This document shows positions 28,987 to 37,801 of a DNA stretch of 56,130 nucleotides, piece after piece. The stretch is taken from positions 1-56,130 of IMG/VR virus record IMGVR_UViG_3300022751_000019. One strand, 5' to 3'. Under the pieces are notes generated by a model that made no database searches, was not told the origin of the DNA, and worked only from the letters and a program-made list of their open reading frames with translations. Every line of letters starts with the position of its first letter. Within the stretch, counting starts at the first letter, position 1. Source of the stretch: a virus. Lineage: Duplodnaviria > Caudoviricetes. Position numbers and translations under genes: made by a program.

Positions 28987-30950
28987 AAAAGATATTATTT
29001 TTATTACTTATTAGTTTAAGTGGGTTTGCTCAGAGTTATCCTGCTCCTGTTCCAAATACATATGGATATAATGAAAAGATTTATGAAAAAAGTTACTTTT
29101 CAGACCTGACGGATTTTACATCAACAGGATTCACCCCTACAATTGTTAATAATTACATTAATTTAAGAGCTGGGGCAGGAAACTTTAACCAGTATGTGGT
29201 TATAAATGGTAGCACCAATGCTGACGAAACAATAGAGTATCAAGTCACATTCAGAGCAGATACACTAGGAAATGGAATAGCAATAGGTCAAAGAAGTATC
29301 AATACCTTTTATAGTGGAAGTGTTTCGGTATTCTATTCTACAAATTCTAACGTGATTAGACTTTATGATGCAGAAGCTAATACTATATTGATAGAAAAGA
29401 CCTCACCAATTTCAGTCGCTGGTGATATATTTACCTTAAAATATATCAGGGTAGGAAGTAGGGTGACGGGAGTGGTTGTCAATGAAACGCAAAAAACAAC
29501 AACAACGGTAACGGTAAACAACAACCTTTCCACTAGTGTGAATTTTAAAATTCCAAATACAAATCAATTACGTATCTGGAATATTGGTGGTTCAATGGCA
29601 ATTCTTTCTATTAGAGCTATTTCTCACTTAAACTACAATGCACCAGTATTATTTGTAGGGGATTCTAAAACGATTGGATATTCTGCAAAGACGACAGAAT
29701 TAAGATTCCCCTCGTTATTAGGGTATGGGGTATACGGGGGGGCAGGAGACAGGACAACAGAGTTGTTGTTAGTAGTTAATCAAATAATTGCCCTGAAACC
29801 AAAGAGGGTGGTTTTGTGCATAGGTCGAAATGACATAGGGTCTGGCACATCAAGTGGTACATGGCAATCCAACTACACAAGTATAGTTAATTCTTTAACA
29901 GCTGCAGGTATTGACGTTTACCATTTGTACGGTATAGGGGAAACTGCTGTAAGTCAAGCCGCATTAAACACATTTATTGTTGCTAATTATGCAGCATCTC
30001 AAAGAATTGATGTAAGTAGCGGTTGGGTTAATGCTACTATGCTCTCTTCAGACAATGTTCATCCAAACGATAATGGACATAGGTATATTGCAAATGCAAT
30101 TACCGCTACAGGAAAACTACCTGTTTCAATATTTAGAGAAAAGGTTAATTCAAGCGAAAAAGTTCTAACTGGCACTTTGCCAGACATAACTACAACCGGA
30201 AGGGTGCCATTTTCTACCGCAGGGAATTATACAAATTCAACTATCTATCAGGACACTAATAATAATTTAATCGTATCTGATGCTACCACCACCCCTTCTA
30301 CATACGGAACAAACTTTCGCATCCTAGAGGTTCTGGGTAGCGGAATTAATGCCTATACTATTCTTTCGCTAGGGTTGACCGGCAATACAAAAAGAGGATA
30401 TATTACATCTGATGTCAATGGAGGACTTTCGATTGGAACGACTACAAATGGTATAAGTGGAGCTACGTCTTTATTTAATTTGGTTCAAAGCAGCCTTAAT
30501 ATAGGAATAGGTACAGCAGCTCCAAATGCCAGTGCTATACTGGATTTGTCTAGCACTGGAAAGGGTGTGTTAATTCCAAGATTGACAACTGCTCAAAGAA
30601 CCGGAATTTCCACGCCAGCGACTGGGTTATTGGTTTACGACACAGACTTTAGAAAGATTTGGCAATACAACGGTACAGCATGGGAAATGGTGGCAAGCAA
30701 CAAAACGATTACCACCGATGTTTACGACGCACCTAGTATTTTAGGAGGTTCAGCATCCACTCCAAGAACAGTTACGGTAACTGGTGCAGCTTTAGGTGAT
30801 TTAATCAGGGTTACTGTTAATGTAGACCAGCAACAAATAAATATAATTGGCTATGTGTCAGCTACAAATACAGTAACTTATTATCTTAGAAACGACACAG
30901 CAGCGCCAATCGATTTAGGCTCGGCTACTTACACCATTTATCGTCAATAA
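28983..30950 (+). CDS. Signal-peptide SGNH/GDSL esterase-containing fibre/spike-like protein
   Basis: MKKILFLLLISLSGFA|Q; FVGDSKT, GAG, IGRND, DNVHPN; later IPRLT...GLLVYDTD...YNG..W. Confidence 0.85.
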   Translation: MKKILFLLLISLSGFAQSYPAPVPNTYGYNEKIYEKSYFSDLTDFTSTGFTPTIVNNYINLRAGAGNFNQYVVINGSTNADETIEYQVTFRADTLGNGIAIGQRSINTFYSGSVSVFYSTNSNVIRLYDAEANTILIEKTSPISVAGDIFTLKYIRVGSRVTGVVVNETQKTTTTVTVNNNLSTSVNFKIPNTNQLRIWNIGGSMAILSIRAISHLNYNAPVLFVGDSKTIGYSAKTTELRFPSLLGYGVYGGAGDRTTELLLVVNQIIALKPKRVVLCIGRNDIGSGTSSGTWQSNYTSIVNSLTAAGIDVYHLYGIGETAVSQAALNTFIVANYAASQRIDVSSGWVNATMLSSDNVHPNDNGHRYIANAITATGKLPVSIFREKVNSSEKVLTGTLPDITTTGRVPFSTAGNYTNSTIYQDTNNNLIVSDATTTPSTYGTNFRILEVLGSGINAYTILSLGLTGNTKRGYITSDVNGGLSIGTTTNGISGATSLFNLVQSSLNIGIGTAAPNASAILDLSSTGKGVLIPRLTTAQRTGISTPATGLLVYDTDFRKIWQYNGTAWEMVASNKTITTDVYDAPSILGGSASTPRTVTVTGAALGDLIRVTVNVDQQQINIIGYVSATNTVTYYLRNDTAAPIDLGSATYTIYRQ

Positions 30951-31756
30951 TGAAAAAGATATTTTTGCTAGTCTTATTTTCTTATAATGTATTTGCTCAG
31001 TCCAGCAATGTAGGAAGTTTAACGCAAACTCAGATGGTAACGATGGCTATGGCGACTCCTTCTATTATTCCTATGGGGTATTTAACTTATTGTAGTGATG
31101 GAGTAAAGGGTTATTATAGATGGTCAGGGACTGAATGGATAAAAATCACTGACAACCCAGAACTATTAGCAGTAATGTCTACTATTCCTATTAATAATAA
31201 TCAGATAGCTAATGGCAGTAATTATTACAATGCCGCTAATCCTCCTGCATGGTCAGTAATTACATCTAAACCAACCACCTTAGCAGGTTACGGTATAACG
31301 GACGGATTTACGACAGCAAATGCAAGAAGTGTTATAAGTCTAACTACCACAGGCACAGGAAGCCCTACCTATAATAATACTACTGGTGTTGTTAATATAC
31401 CTAATAATAGCAATGTTCAGCCTCAGTTTTATACCTCGTCTGGCATGGTTTCTCAGCAGATAAAAGTATGGAACGGAATAGTAACACCCTCAACAGGGAG
31501 CGGACAAACTGTTGATATAAGTTCAGCAGGATTTAGTACTATCTTAAACGTACAGGCACAAGTCGAAAGTAATACTGCATCAGCTACTAGTGTTCCTTTG
31601 GTTTCAATCAAGAGTTATACAACCACTTCGGTGGTAACAAATATAATTGTCTCAAACAATAGTACTATTGGGTCTTTACTTTCTCCAATTGTCGGACTTT
31701 TATTTGCAACCAATTTAACGGGCTATAAATTACACGTTCAGGTAACAGGGTATTAA
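30950..31756 (+). CDS. Signal-peptide tail-fibre-like protein
   Basis: MKKIFLLVLFSYNVFA|Q; W..ITSKPTTLAGYGITD phage tail-fibre repeat. Confidence 0.8.
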   Translation: MKKIFLLVLFSYNVFAQSSNVGSLTQTQMVTMAMATPSIIPMGYLTYCSDGVKGYYRWSGTEWIKITDNPELLAVMSTIPINNNQIANGSNYYNAANPPAWSVITSKPTTLAGYGITDGFTTANARSVISLTTTGTGSPTYNNTTGVVNIPNNSNVQPQFYTSSGMVSQQIKVWNGIVTPSTGSGQTVDISSAGFSTILNVQAQVESNTASATSVPLVSIKSYTTTSVVTNIIVSNNSTIGSLLSPIVGLLFATNLTGYKLHVQVTGY

Positions 31757-31758
31757 AT

Positions 31759-32658
31759 ATGGCAACTAAAACAATAAATAGAGGGGATTCCTTAACCATT
31801 GATGTAATTATTGACGAAGATTTACTGTCAAAGGTAGAGGATATTTGGCTATCAGTCAAAGGCGATGTAGTGGCTCAAAAGACCAGTACAGAAATGCCCT
31901 TTATTGAGATTGATAATATTTTTCGTTGTCAGTTAACTTCTTCTTATACTCAAAAACTTAATAATACCTATCCGATTATCGTTTCAGTTCAATGGGATGA
32001 CTTGGGAGTAAGAAAGTCGTTTGAAGCAGAGTCTACAATTTTAAATGTTAAGCAAAACCATAATCCCTCTAACAGTGATGCTGTTTCTTCTGAACCTGAC
32101 ATTGAAATAGAGGTTACTCAAGGAGATAACGGTTTAATTGCCAGTGTGACGCTAGCCACTATTTACAGGGGATACGGCATTATTCCAGGAGGAACAGACG
32201 AAGATAGCCTGGTCAAAGATGGAGCAAATGACTATCTGGTTAAGTGGGCTAAACGTGTACCTTACGAATCGGTTGAAAACTTTGCTGACATATCCGCTTC
32301 TAACCAAATGCGTTTAATAGCTGTTGCGGATGATGAAACAACTGGAGGTAACAGCTCTCTCTACTGGTTTGACGGATTAGTTAAGAATCTTTTAGAATAT
32401 TCATCTATGAAAACAAATATTTCAGCACCAGTAAAGACTAGTAGTGGAACAACGCCTATTACGGTTAGTGCCAATTCTGCCTTCTATATTAATATAGCTC
32501 CACAAGCAGGGGCTACCTATACTATTACAACTCTTGGCGATCCTCCTACTCCAGCAACAGGGGATTATAGTTTTATTGATGGTAAAGGAGGCAAATTAGC
32601 TTTGCAATATACCATTACACCAGTAACGGGGACTTTAATCTATACGGTTGCGGTATGA
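31759..32658 (+). CDS. Baseplate/fibre attachment protein (BppU-like N-terminus)
   Basis: TINRGDSLTIDV start typical of BppU-like domains; no signal peptide. Confidence 0.6.
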   Translation: MATKTINRGDSLTIDVIIDEDLLSKVEDIWLSVKGDVVAQKTSTEMPFIEIDNIFRCQLTSSYTQKLNNTYPIIVSVQWDDLGVRKSFEAESTILNVKQNHNPSNSDAVSSEPDIEIEVTQGDNGLIASVTLATIYRGYGIIPGGTDEDSLVKDGANDYLVKWAKRVPYESVENFADISASNQMRLIAVADDETTGGNSSLYWFDGLVKNLLEYSSMKTNISAPVKTSSGTTPITVSANSAFYINIAPQAGATYTITTLGDPPTPATGDYSFIDGKGGKLALQYTITPVTGTLIYTVAV

Positions 32659-33245
32659 TAAACAAAACCAACTTCTTTGCCATCATCCGCCCACTATTCG
32701 GCAAGTTCTCTGCATCACAAGTACAGGGCTTAGAATTTATATTGGACTACTGGGAGAGTCAATTAGGAACACCAAATTATATAAACTTAACGGTAGCACA
32801 ATTTGCTTATATACTTGCTACTATTCATCATGAAACCGATAAGAAGTTTCAACCTATTGAAGAATATGGAAAGGGCAAAGGATTACCTTACGGCAAACCT
32901 GACCCTGTTACGCATCAGATTTATTACGGACGAGGATTTGTACAAATCACCTGGAAGGCGAATTACGAGAAGTTTGCTAATCTTTTTAATATCAACCTAG
33001 TAAATAATCCAGACCTAGCATTAGAGCCTCTCAAAGCGGTTAAAATAGCGTTTGTAGGCATGACTACTGGAATGTTTACAGGTAAAAAAATAAGTGACTT
33101 TATTAACCAAAATAAAACCGATTTTATAATGGCAAGGTCAGTAATTAACGGAAGAAGAAAAGTAAATGGAGTGTTAGAACCTTTACCTGACAAGGCAGAG
33201 TTAATTGCTTCGTATGCAAGTGTATACTATCTGGCATTAGCCTAA
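32655..33245 (+). CDS. Endolysin, glycoside hydrolase family 19
   Basis: AYILATIHHET, PIEEYG, YYGRGFVQITWKANY, AR.VING. Confidence 0.9.
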   Translation: MINKTNFFAIIRPLFGKFSASQVQGLEFILDYWESQLGTPNYINLTVAQFAYILATIHHETDKKFQPIEEYGKGKGLPYGKPDPVTHQIYYGRGFVQITWKANYEKFANLFNINLVNNPDLALEPLKAVKIAFVGMTTGMFTGKKISDFINQNKTDFIMARSVINGRRKVNGVLEPLPDKAELIASYASVYYLALA

Positions 33246-33247
33246 AC

Positions 33248-33275
33248 AAAAAATCCTCCGATTAAAGAGGACTTC
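33248..33275 (-). terminator. Intrinsic terminator (U-tract on the minus strand)
   Basis: Minus strand AAGTCCTC-tttaatcg-GAGGATTT followed by TTTGTTT. Confidence 0.6.
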
Positions 33276-33366
33276 TTGCCGTGCTTGCTAACAAATAGTT
33301 TTAATGTCATCCTAAATCAACCCCGAGTTAGAAATAAATTAAATTGAGCTCAAATATAATAAAATT

Positions 33367-33825
33367 ATGTTGATACTGAAAAATATTCTTTCTTTTCTTC
33401 TAAACTTTAAAACCTTAGGAATTGTACTAGTCTTAGCGATAGGATTCTACTTAGGTAAATCCTGTGAACACAAGTCTAATATTAAGACTATTAAAAAGTA
33501 TGATAAGATAGTTTTAGGCTATAAAGAAAATAAAACTATCGATTCTACTCAAAACGCAAGACTAGCTTTTGAGGTTGACTCTCTACAAAAAGAACTCGTT
33601 TTAAGACAAGATATTATTAATAAGAAGGATATATTAATCCAATCACAAACCAAGTCAATCAAGGGCTTAGAAATGCGTTTAACACAGTCTAATAAAGACT
33701 TTCAAGAAGCTATTGAGCTAGGGCATATTACTTGTGATACTATATTTGTTAAGCCTATCAATATTTTTGAGAAAGGAGTTTATCAGATTTTACCTAAAGC
33801 AAAGATTAAGCGTTTGGTTCAATAG
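33367..33825 (+). CDS. Spanin-like protein
   Basis: N-terminal TM ending GKSC followed by coiled coil; downstream of endolysin. Confidence 0.55.
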   Translation: MLILKNILSFLLNFKTLGIVLVLAIGFYLGKSCEHKSNIKTIKKYDKIVLGYKENKTIDSTQNARLAFEVDSLQKELVLRQDIINKKDILIQSQTKSIKGLEMRLTQSNKDFQEAIELGHITCDTIFVKPINIFEKGVYQILPKAKIKRLVQ

Positions 33826-34450
33826 TTGGTATGCCTTTAAAAATTCTCTTTGAAGGAACTACACATCTTCTGGATACTGGTATTCGCTTATTGCCTTTTA
33901 TTAACACAAAAGAAGGCTCTTTTACATTCAAATAGACGCCTATTACATATCGCTTGTTAACTATACAGGCTCTACTAATCCTAACAAAATTAGGGTCAAC
34001 TATTCTTTTGGAGTATTCTTTTATACTTATACCTGCCACAATATTAGCCTTTCCATAAAAGGTAAAGTCGGTATAATTTATCTTAGCTGTAAGATATTTT
34101 ATTTCTCTTGTGTCTATTAATTCGTGCTTTCCATTTTTTACAATATCAATAAAATACTTTTCTTCTTTGTCGCAAAGCTTTGGCGAAATGGCGGAGTTGT
34201 AGTCAGCAAACTTTTTACCCAGATATTTAGAAATATCAATACTTGCACCTTGAAATAAAACAATGCTATTTATTGGAGTTATCAATTCTTTATAATCAAC
34301 ATCTTTAGATTTTACTATAAAAAACTTGTCATGATTATCCTTTACTAGATAATACCCGTTATGAACATAAATGATTATATGTTTGGAATAAAAGTCAATA
34401 ATAGATTTTCTAGCTTTAGGTTTATATCCGTCAACAGATGGCTTGTTCAT
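33806..34450 (-). CDS. LytTR DNA-binding domain protein
   Basis: IKYLTAKINYT, FVRISRACIVN, IPVSRR. Confidence 0.85.
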   Translation of the reverse strand: MNKPSVDGYKPKARKSIIDFYSKHIIIYVHNGYYLVKDNHDKFFIVKSKDVDYKELITPINSIVLFQGASIDISKYLGKKFADYNSAISPKLCDKEEKYFIDIVKNGKHELIDTREIKYLTAKINYTDFTFYGKANIVAGISIKEYSKRIVDPNFVRISRACIVNKRYVIGVYLNVKEPSFVLIKGNKRIPVSRRCVVPSKRIFKGIPTIEPNA

Positions 34451-34461
34451 TTCTATATTGA

Positions 34462-34659
34462 TTAACTTTTCTTCATATAAAAATCTTCTCCTAATCCAGA
34501 TATTCTCTTTATAAAATATCCTTCTTTTACCGCCATTTCACAAAGTAGTTTTGCAAACCATTTAGGTATACAGAAGAACTTTTTAATATCTTCTACGTAA
34601 ATGTGCTTAGTGTCCATGTAATACATTATTTTAATTCTATCAAGGATGAATTTTCTCAT
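34462..34659 (-). CDS. Hypothetical protein
   Basis: 65 aa ORF. Confidence 0.55.
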   Translation of the reverse strand: MRKFILDRIKIMYYMDTKHIYVEDIKKFFCIPKWFAKLLCEMAVKEGYFIKRISGLGEDFYMKKS

Positions 34660-34684
34660 TGTTAAATAGGATTACAGTGTTTAA

Positions 34685-34846
34685 TTAATCTTTTCTAGTT
34701 GTTGTAATTGTTGGGGCTATTTGTGACATTAAAACAGCTAATAAATACCACCATCCACTAGCACCTTTCCAAAAGACTAAATAACTACAACCTACTAGTA
34801 GGAAGATTACATACAGATAGTAAATGACAAATATTATTGTTTTCAT
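34685..34846 (-). CDS. Small membrane protein (53 aa, not in ORF track)
   Basis: Hand translation MKTIIFVIYYLYVIFLLVGCSYLVFWKGASGWWYLLAVLMSQIAPTITTTRKD; 4-nt overlap with 34843..35211. Confidence 0.6.
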   Translation of the reverse strand: MKTIIFVIYYLYVIFLLVGCSYLVFWKGASGWWYLLAVLMSQIAPTITTTRKD

Positions 34847-35211
34847 AAGTTTAGTTTATTTACCCTTTCACATAAAACTAGCCCACACTTAGTACACTTC
34901 TCAGTATCTCCGTCACGTTGAACAAAAGCGTAGGGGTGTTCGCATTCGTCTGTGACAATATCCCATTGTCTATCTATAATATCTTGGGTTATTAGTCCTA
35001 TGTGATTCCTATTTGTTTTAAATAAGTAGTCTCCTATAATTAACGGGAAGTAATTTCCAAAAACCTTTATTCGTAATTCGCCAGTTTCTATGTCTTCATT
35101 ATGAATCATTTCAGGTGTATGTAAAAAATCGACAATTTCATCATAATTGCCTCCTGTCCATTTTAACGCTTCCCAAATGTCTTGTTTTTTAGCTATTTTT
35201 ATTTTGTTCAT
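34843..35211 (-). CDS. Hypothetical protein
   Basis: EALKWTGGN..EI..F pattern and a C-terminal C.H...C..C. Confidence 0.7.
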   Translation of the reverse strand: MNKIKIAKKQDIWEALKWTGGNYDEIVDFLHTPEMIHNEDIETGELRIKVFGNYFPLIIGDYLFKTNRNHIGLITQDIIDRQWDIVTDECEHPYAFVQRDGDTEKCTKCGLVLCERVNKLNL

Positions 35212-35404
35212 TTTCTAATAAATTTACGAGGTGAATCAATCTTTCTTTATAATTATTACTCAAAGTTTTCAGCTTCATATCAGCATAGCCTAAATGAGCC
35301 TCAACAAACTTCTTTACATCAACTATTTTTAACCAGGGGTACAGTTGCACTGTCTGAGGCAGTTCTTTTGAGGCAAAGTAGGCTTTTAGTTGTTCGGTGG
35401 TCAT
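35189..35404 (-). CDS. Conserved Bacteroidota hypothetical protein (DUF6965-like)
   Basis: L..YF...ELP...L.....I.DV.KFV..H. Confidence 0.65.
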   Translation of the reverse strand: MTTEQLKAYFASKELPQTVQLYPWLKIVDVKKFVEAHLGYADMKLKTLSNNYKERLIHLVNLLENEQNKNS

Positions 35405-36024
35405 AGTTCTACTAAGTCTAAAAGACTAAACAGTGTATCTTTGTCCATTTTCTGATACAGTCCGCTAAAATCATCTTGATTAATATCGTGGTTTGTCCAA
35501 AGATAAGGCTTATAGCTTTCATCCTTTTTGCCTTCATAAACCATCCATGCATTTGACATATTTGGATAGCACGACACTGTGTGAATTTGGTTAGCAAGCA
35601 TGCTTATACTTTCTCCCTTAGCAATCCAATCCATTTGAGTTGTTTCAAGTCGAGAAGTACCTAATGGTTGGAATTTCAGTTCTCCGTTGCTTATCTTACT
35701 TTGGTAAAGGTATTTGTTAAATTCCTGACCCTTAGGGGATTCGACAACTTGCCAGTTGTATAACTGACCTTTGATGACGTGTAAGGTTAAATTGCAGTGG
35801 TGCGAATGTAATCCTACTGACATAGGTTTGCCCATACTCATATTTTCGTCAGGATAATTTCTATATAACTCGTGACCCTTTGTAGCAATATAAAGTCTAA
35901 TAGTTTTCTCAGGGCAATCAAGAAGCATAATTGAATGTACATTTCTACAATGGCAATGCATAATAGACTTTCCCAATATTTCGTTTATGTTATTCCGCAA
36001 TAAATGCCTTACTAATTCTTTCAT
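35401..36024 (-). CDS. Cupin-like metal-binding protein
   Basis: LHSHH...LHVIKG and later IHTV. Confidence 0.55.
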   Translation of the reverse strand: MKELVRHLLRNNINEILGKSIMHCHCRNVHSIMLLDCPEKTIRLYIATKGHELYRNYPDENMSMGKPMSVGLHSHHCNLTLHVIKGQLYNWQVVESPKGQEFNKYLYQSKISNGELKFQPLGTSRLETTQMDWIAKGESISMLANQIHTVSCYPNMSNAWMVYEGKKDESYKPYLWTNHDINQDDFSGLYQKMDKDTLFSLLDLVEL

Positions 36025-36323
36025 AATAATATCTGTTCAATGGTTTTTAAATATCTTCTTGTAACCCTTAGTTTAACCCCGTTCTTTAACTTAACTACTC
36101 CACTACTATATGATTCTATATAACTCTTATTAACTACGCTAAAACGCCCTAATTTGATGAAATTATCGGGTAGTTTAGATAAGATAAACTTCATCGTATA
36201 AGAGGATAAATAATAGGTGTTATCATAGTATATTCTTGTGTAGTTGACCTCAGGTTTTAGGTAAATTATTTGATTAATTTCAATAGTAAATTTGTTTAGT
36301 TTTAAGGTGTTGTGTGGATGCAT
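36021..36323 (-). CDS. Stand-alone LytTR domain protein
   Basis: IIYLKPEVNYTRIY, FIKLGRFSVVN, LRVTRRY. Confidence 0.85.
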   Translation of the reverse strand: MHPHNTLKLNKFTIEINQIIYLKPEVNYTRIYYDNTYYLSSYTMKFILSKLPDNFIKLGRFSVVNKSYIESYSSGVVKLKNGVKLRVTRRYLKTIEQILL

Positions 36324-36351
36324 AGGCTATAAAATGTGTTTTATTAATAAA

Positions 36352-36666
36352 TTAAGCGTATTCTTCAATATCTCCATTTAAATGATAAAGGATTTTATCT
36401 AAATCATTTAAAACATTTTTGCATATCCTAGTCATAGATGCTATTTCTGCCCTAGTTTCAGATGTTCTATTATAGTCTACTTGCTCTAAATTGTAGATTT
36501 TAGTTTTGTAGTCGCTTTCCATTTTCTTTAATTCGTCTTTCACCCTGTAGGGCTTCATGTCCGTTTCTAATATCCTTTCAATTTCTTGCATATCCGTTTG
36601 TAAAACAGTTATACCATGTTCCTTTGAAAGATAATTAAATAACTCTTGTTGCTGTTTACTAGTCAT
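36352..36666 (-). CDS. Hypothetical protein
   Basis: 104 aa ORF. Confidence 0.65.
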   Translation of the reverse strand: MTSKQQQELFNYLSKEHGITVLQTDMQEIERILETDMKPYRVKDELKKMESDYKTKIYNLEQVDYNRTSETRAEIASMTRICKNVLNDLDKILYHLNGDIEEYA

Positions 36667-36677
36667 AATTTTATCGT

Positions 36678-37043
36678 TTAAAGACTATCCAATGGTTCTA
36701 ATATTTTATTTACAAATTGTTTTCTTATTTCATCCATATTATACACAGTCAAAAAGCAAAGAAAATACTTGCTTAGTTCTGAGCCGTCATTGAGTTGAGT
36801 ATAAGCCCAGTTCAGTTTCTTATAATCCCAATAAGAGATTTTAATATAAGTAAGGTTATATCCCTTTCGAGTTTTACTTATACCTAATATTGATTGCCAA
36901 AAATTAGCAGTTGTTATTTCGGTCTCCTTGTATTGAAAATCTTCTATTCTGAATACTACGTCCGTACCAGTCTTTAGAAACTTATTTTTCACTAGTCCTA
37001 AAGCGTGTATTTGCTGGAAAGATTGCTCTATGGGTAGTTTCAT
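36678..37043 (-). CDS. Hypothetical protein
   Basis: 121 aa ORF. Confidence 0.65.
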   Translation of the reverse strand: MKLPIEQSFQQIHALGLVKNKFLKTGTDVVFRIEDFQYKETEITTANFWQSILGISKTRKGYNLTYIKISYWDYKKLNWAYTQLNDGSELSKYFLCFLTVYNMDEIRKQFVNKILEPLDSL

Positions 37044-37345
37044 AGTTTACTATTCAGATAATTCTTATTATCAACAAATACGTGAAATACAAACGGTGAA
37101 GAATTTTTCATGATTTGATAAGTGCCTAAATAAGTCCAATTGATTAAGTAAAAGTCGTCTGGTATTGGATTACCAGTCCCGAATATCTTAATTATTCTAT
37201 TTTCTTTTTGAGCTTCAGTATCTACCAATCCCCACAAGCAGGGAGTTTCGTATTGCATTTGAATATCCAAAAAGTTAATATTTACAGGCATTTGTATTTC
37301 CTGTGTATCGGTTGTATCTAATGGAAATTTCCAGATTGCTTTCAT
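37040..37345 (-). CDS. Conserved phage hypothetical protein (DUF7352-like)
   Basis: IWKFPL...MP...Q...CLW..VD...FGTG.P...YLGT.Q...VFHVF. Confidence 0.75.
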   Translation of the reverse strand: MKAIWKFPLDTTDTQEIQMPVNINFLDIQMQYETPCLWGLVDTEAQKENRIIKIFGTGNPIPDDFYLINWTYLGTYQIMKNSSPFVFHVFVDNKNYLNSKL

Positions 37346-37356
37346 AGATAGTTATT

Positions 37357-37599
37357 TTAAAGGTTTTCAAATTCTGTTTCTAATTTTCTAATATCATCTT
37401 TCATTCGAGCTATTACGCTTTCAACGAATGGTTGTGCTTCTGGAATTTCCCTGATACTAAAAGTTACAGGACGGCTTTCTTTAAAGCGAAAGTCTACGGA
37501 AGCCAAAGGGATACTTAAAGGAAGATTCTTTAAATGCCATTTAAGCTCTTCTATTTCTTTTTGTATTTCTATTCCACGCTTTAGGGATTTTGGTGTCAT
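37357..37599 (-). CDS. Hypothetical protein
   Basis: 80 aa ORF. Confidence 0.6.
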   Translation of the reverse strand: MTPKSLKRGIEIQKEIEELKWHLKNLPLSIPLASVDFRFKESRPVTFSIREIPEAQPFVESVIARMKDDIRKLETEFENL

Positions 37600-37601
37600 G
37601 G

Positions 37602-37790
37602 TTATAAAATATTAGGCTCTATTTCAACACTTGAATTGCGTTTGTTTACCAGTTTATTTAATCCGCCTCTTTGGAGTTGCATAATAAACAGTTCTTTGGC
37701 TTGCCTCTTTGATGTAGCTTTAATAACCTTTGCTTTAGTGTAAAACTCTAATATCACATAGTATTGCTTTTTAACTTTCTTCTTTTTCAT
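37602..37790 (-). CDS. Hypothetical basic protein
   Basis: 62 aa ORF. Confidence 0.55.
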   Translation of the reverse strand: MKKKKVKKQYYVILEFYTKAKVIKATSKRQAKELFIMQLQRGGLNKLVNKRNSSVEIEPNIL

Positions 37791-37801
37791 AGTTAGTTTA
37801 T

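Noticed and set aside
28768-32655. Diversity-generating retroelement TR/VR pair
   Set aside because: No reverse transcriptase in the genome, and the differences between the two copies are not adenine-specific.
33246-33350. Third copy of the kissing-loop leader
   Set aside because: No convincing 5' hairpin, only a weak AT-only complement to the terminator loop, and no downstream gene on that strand.
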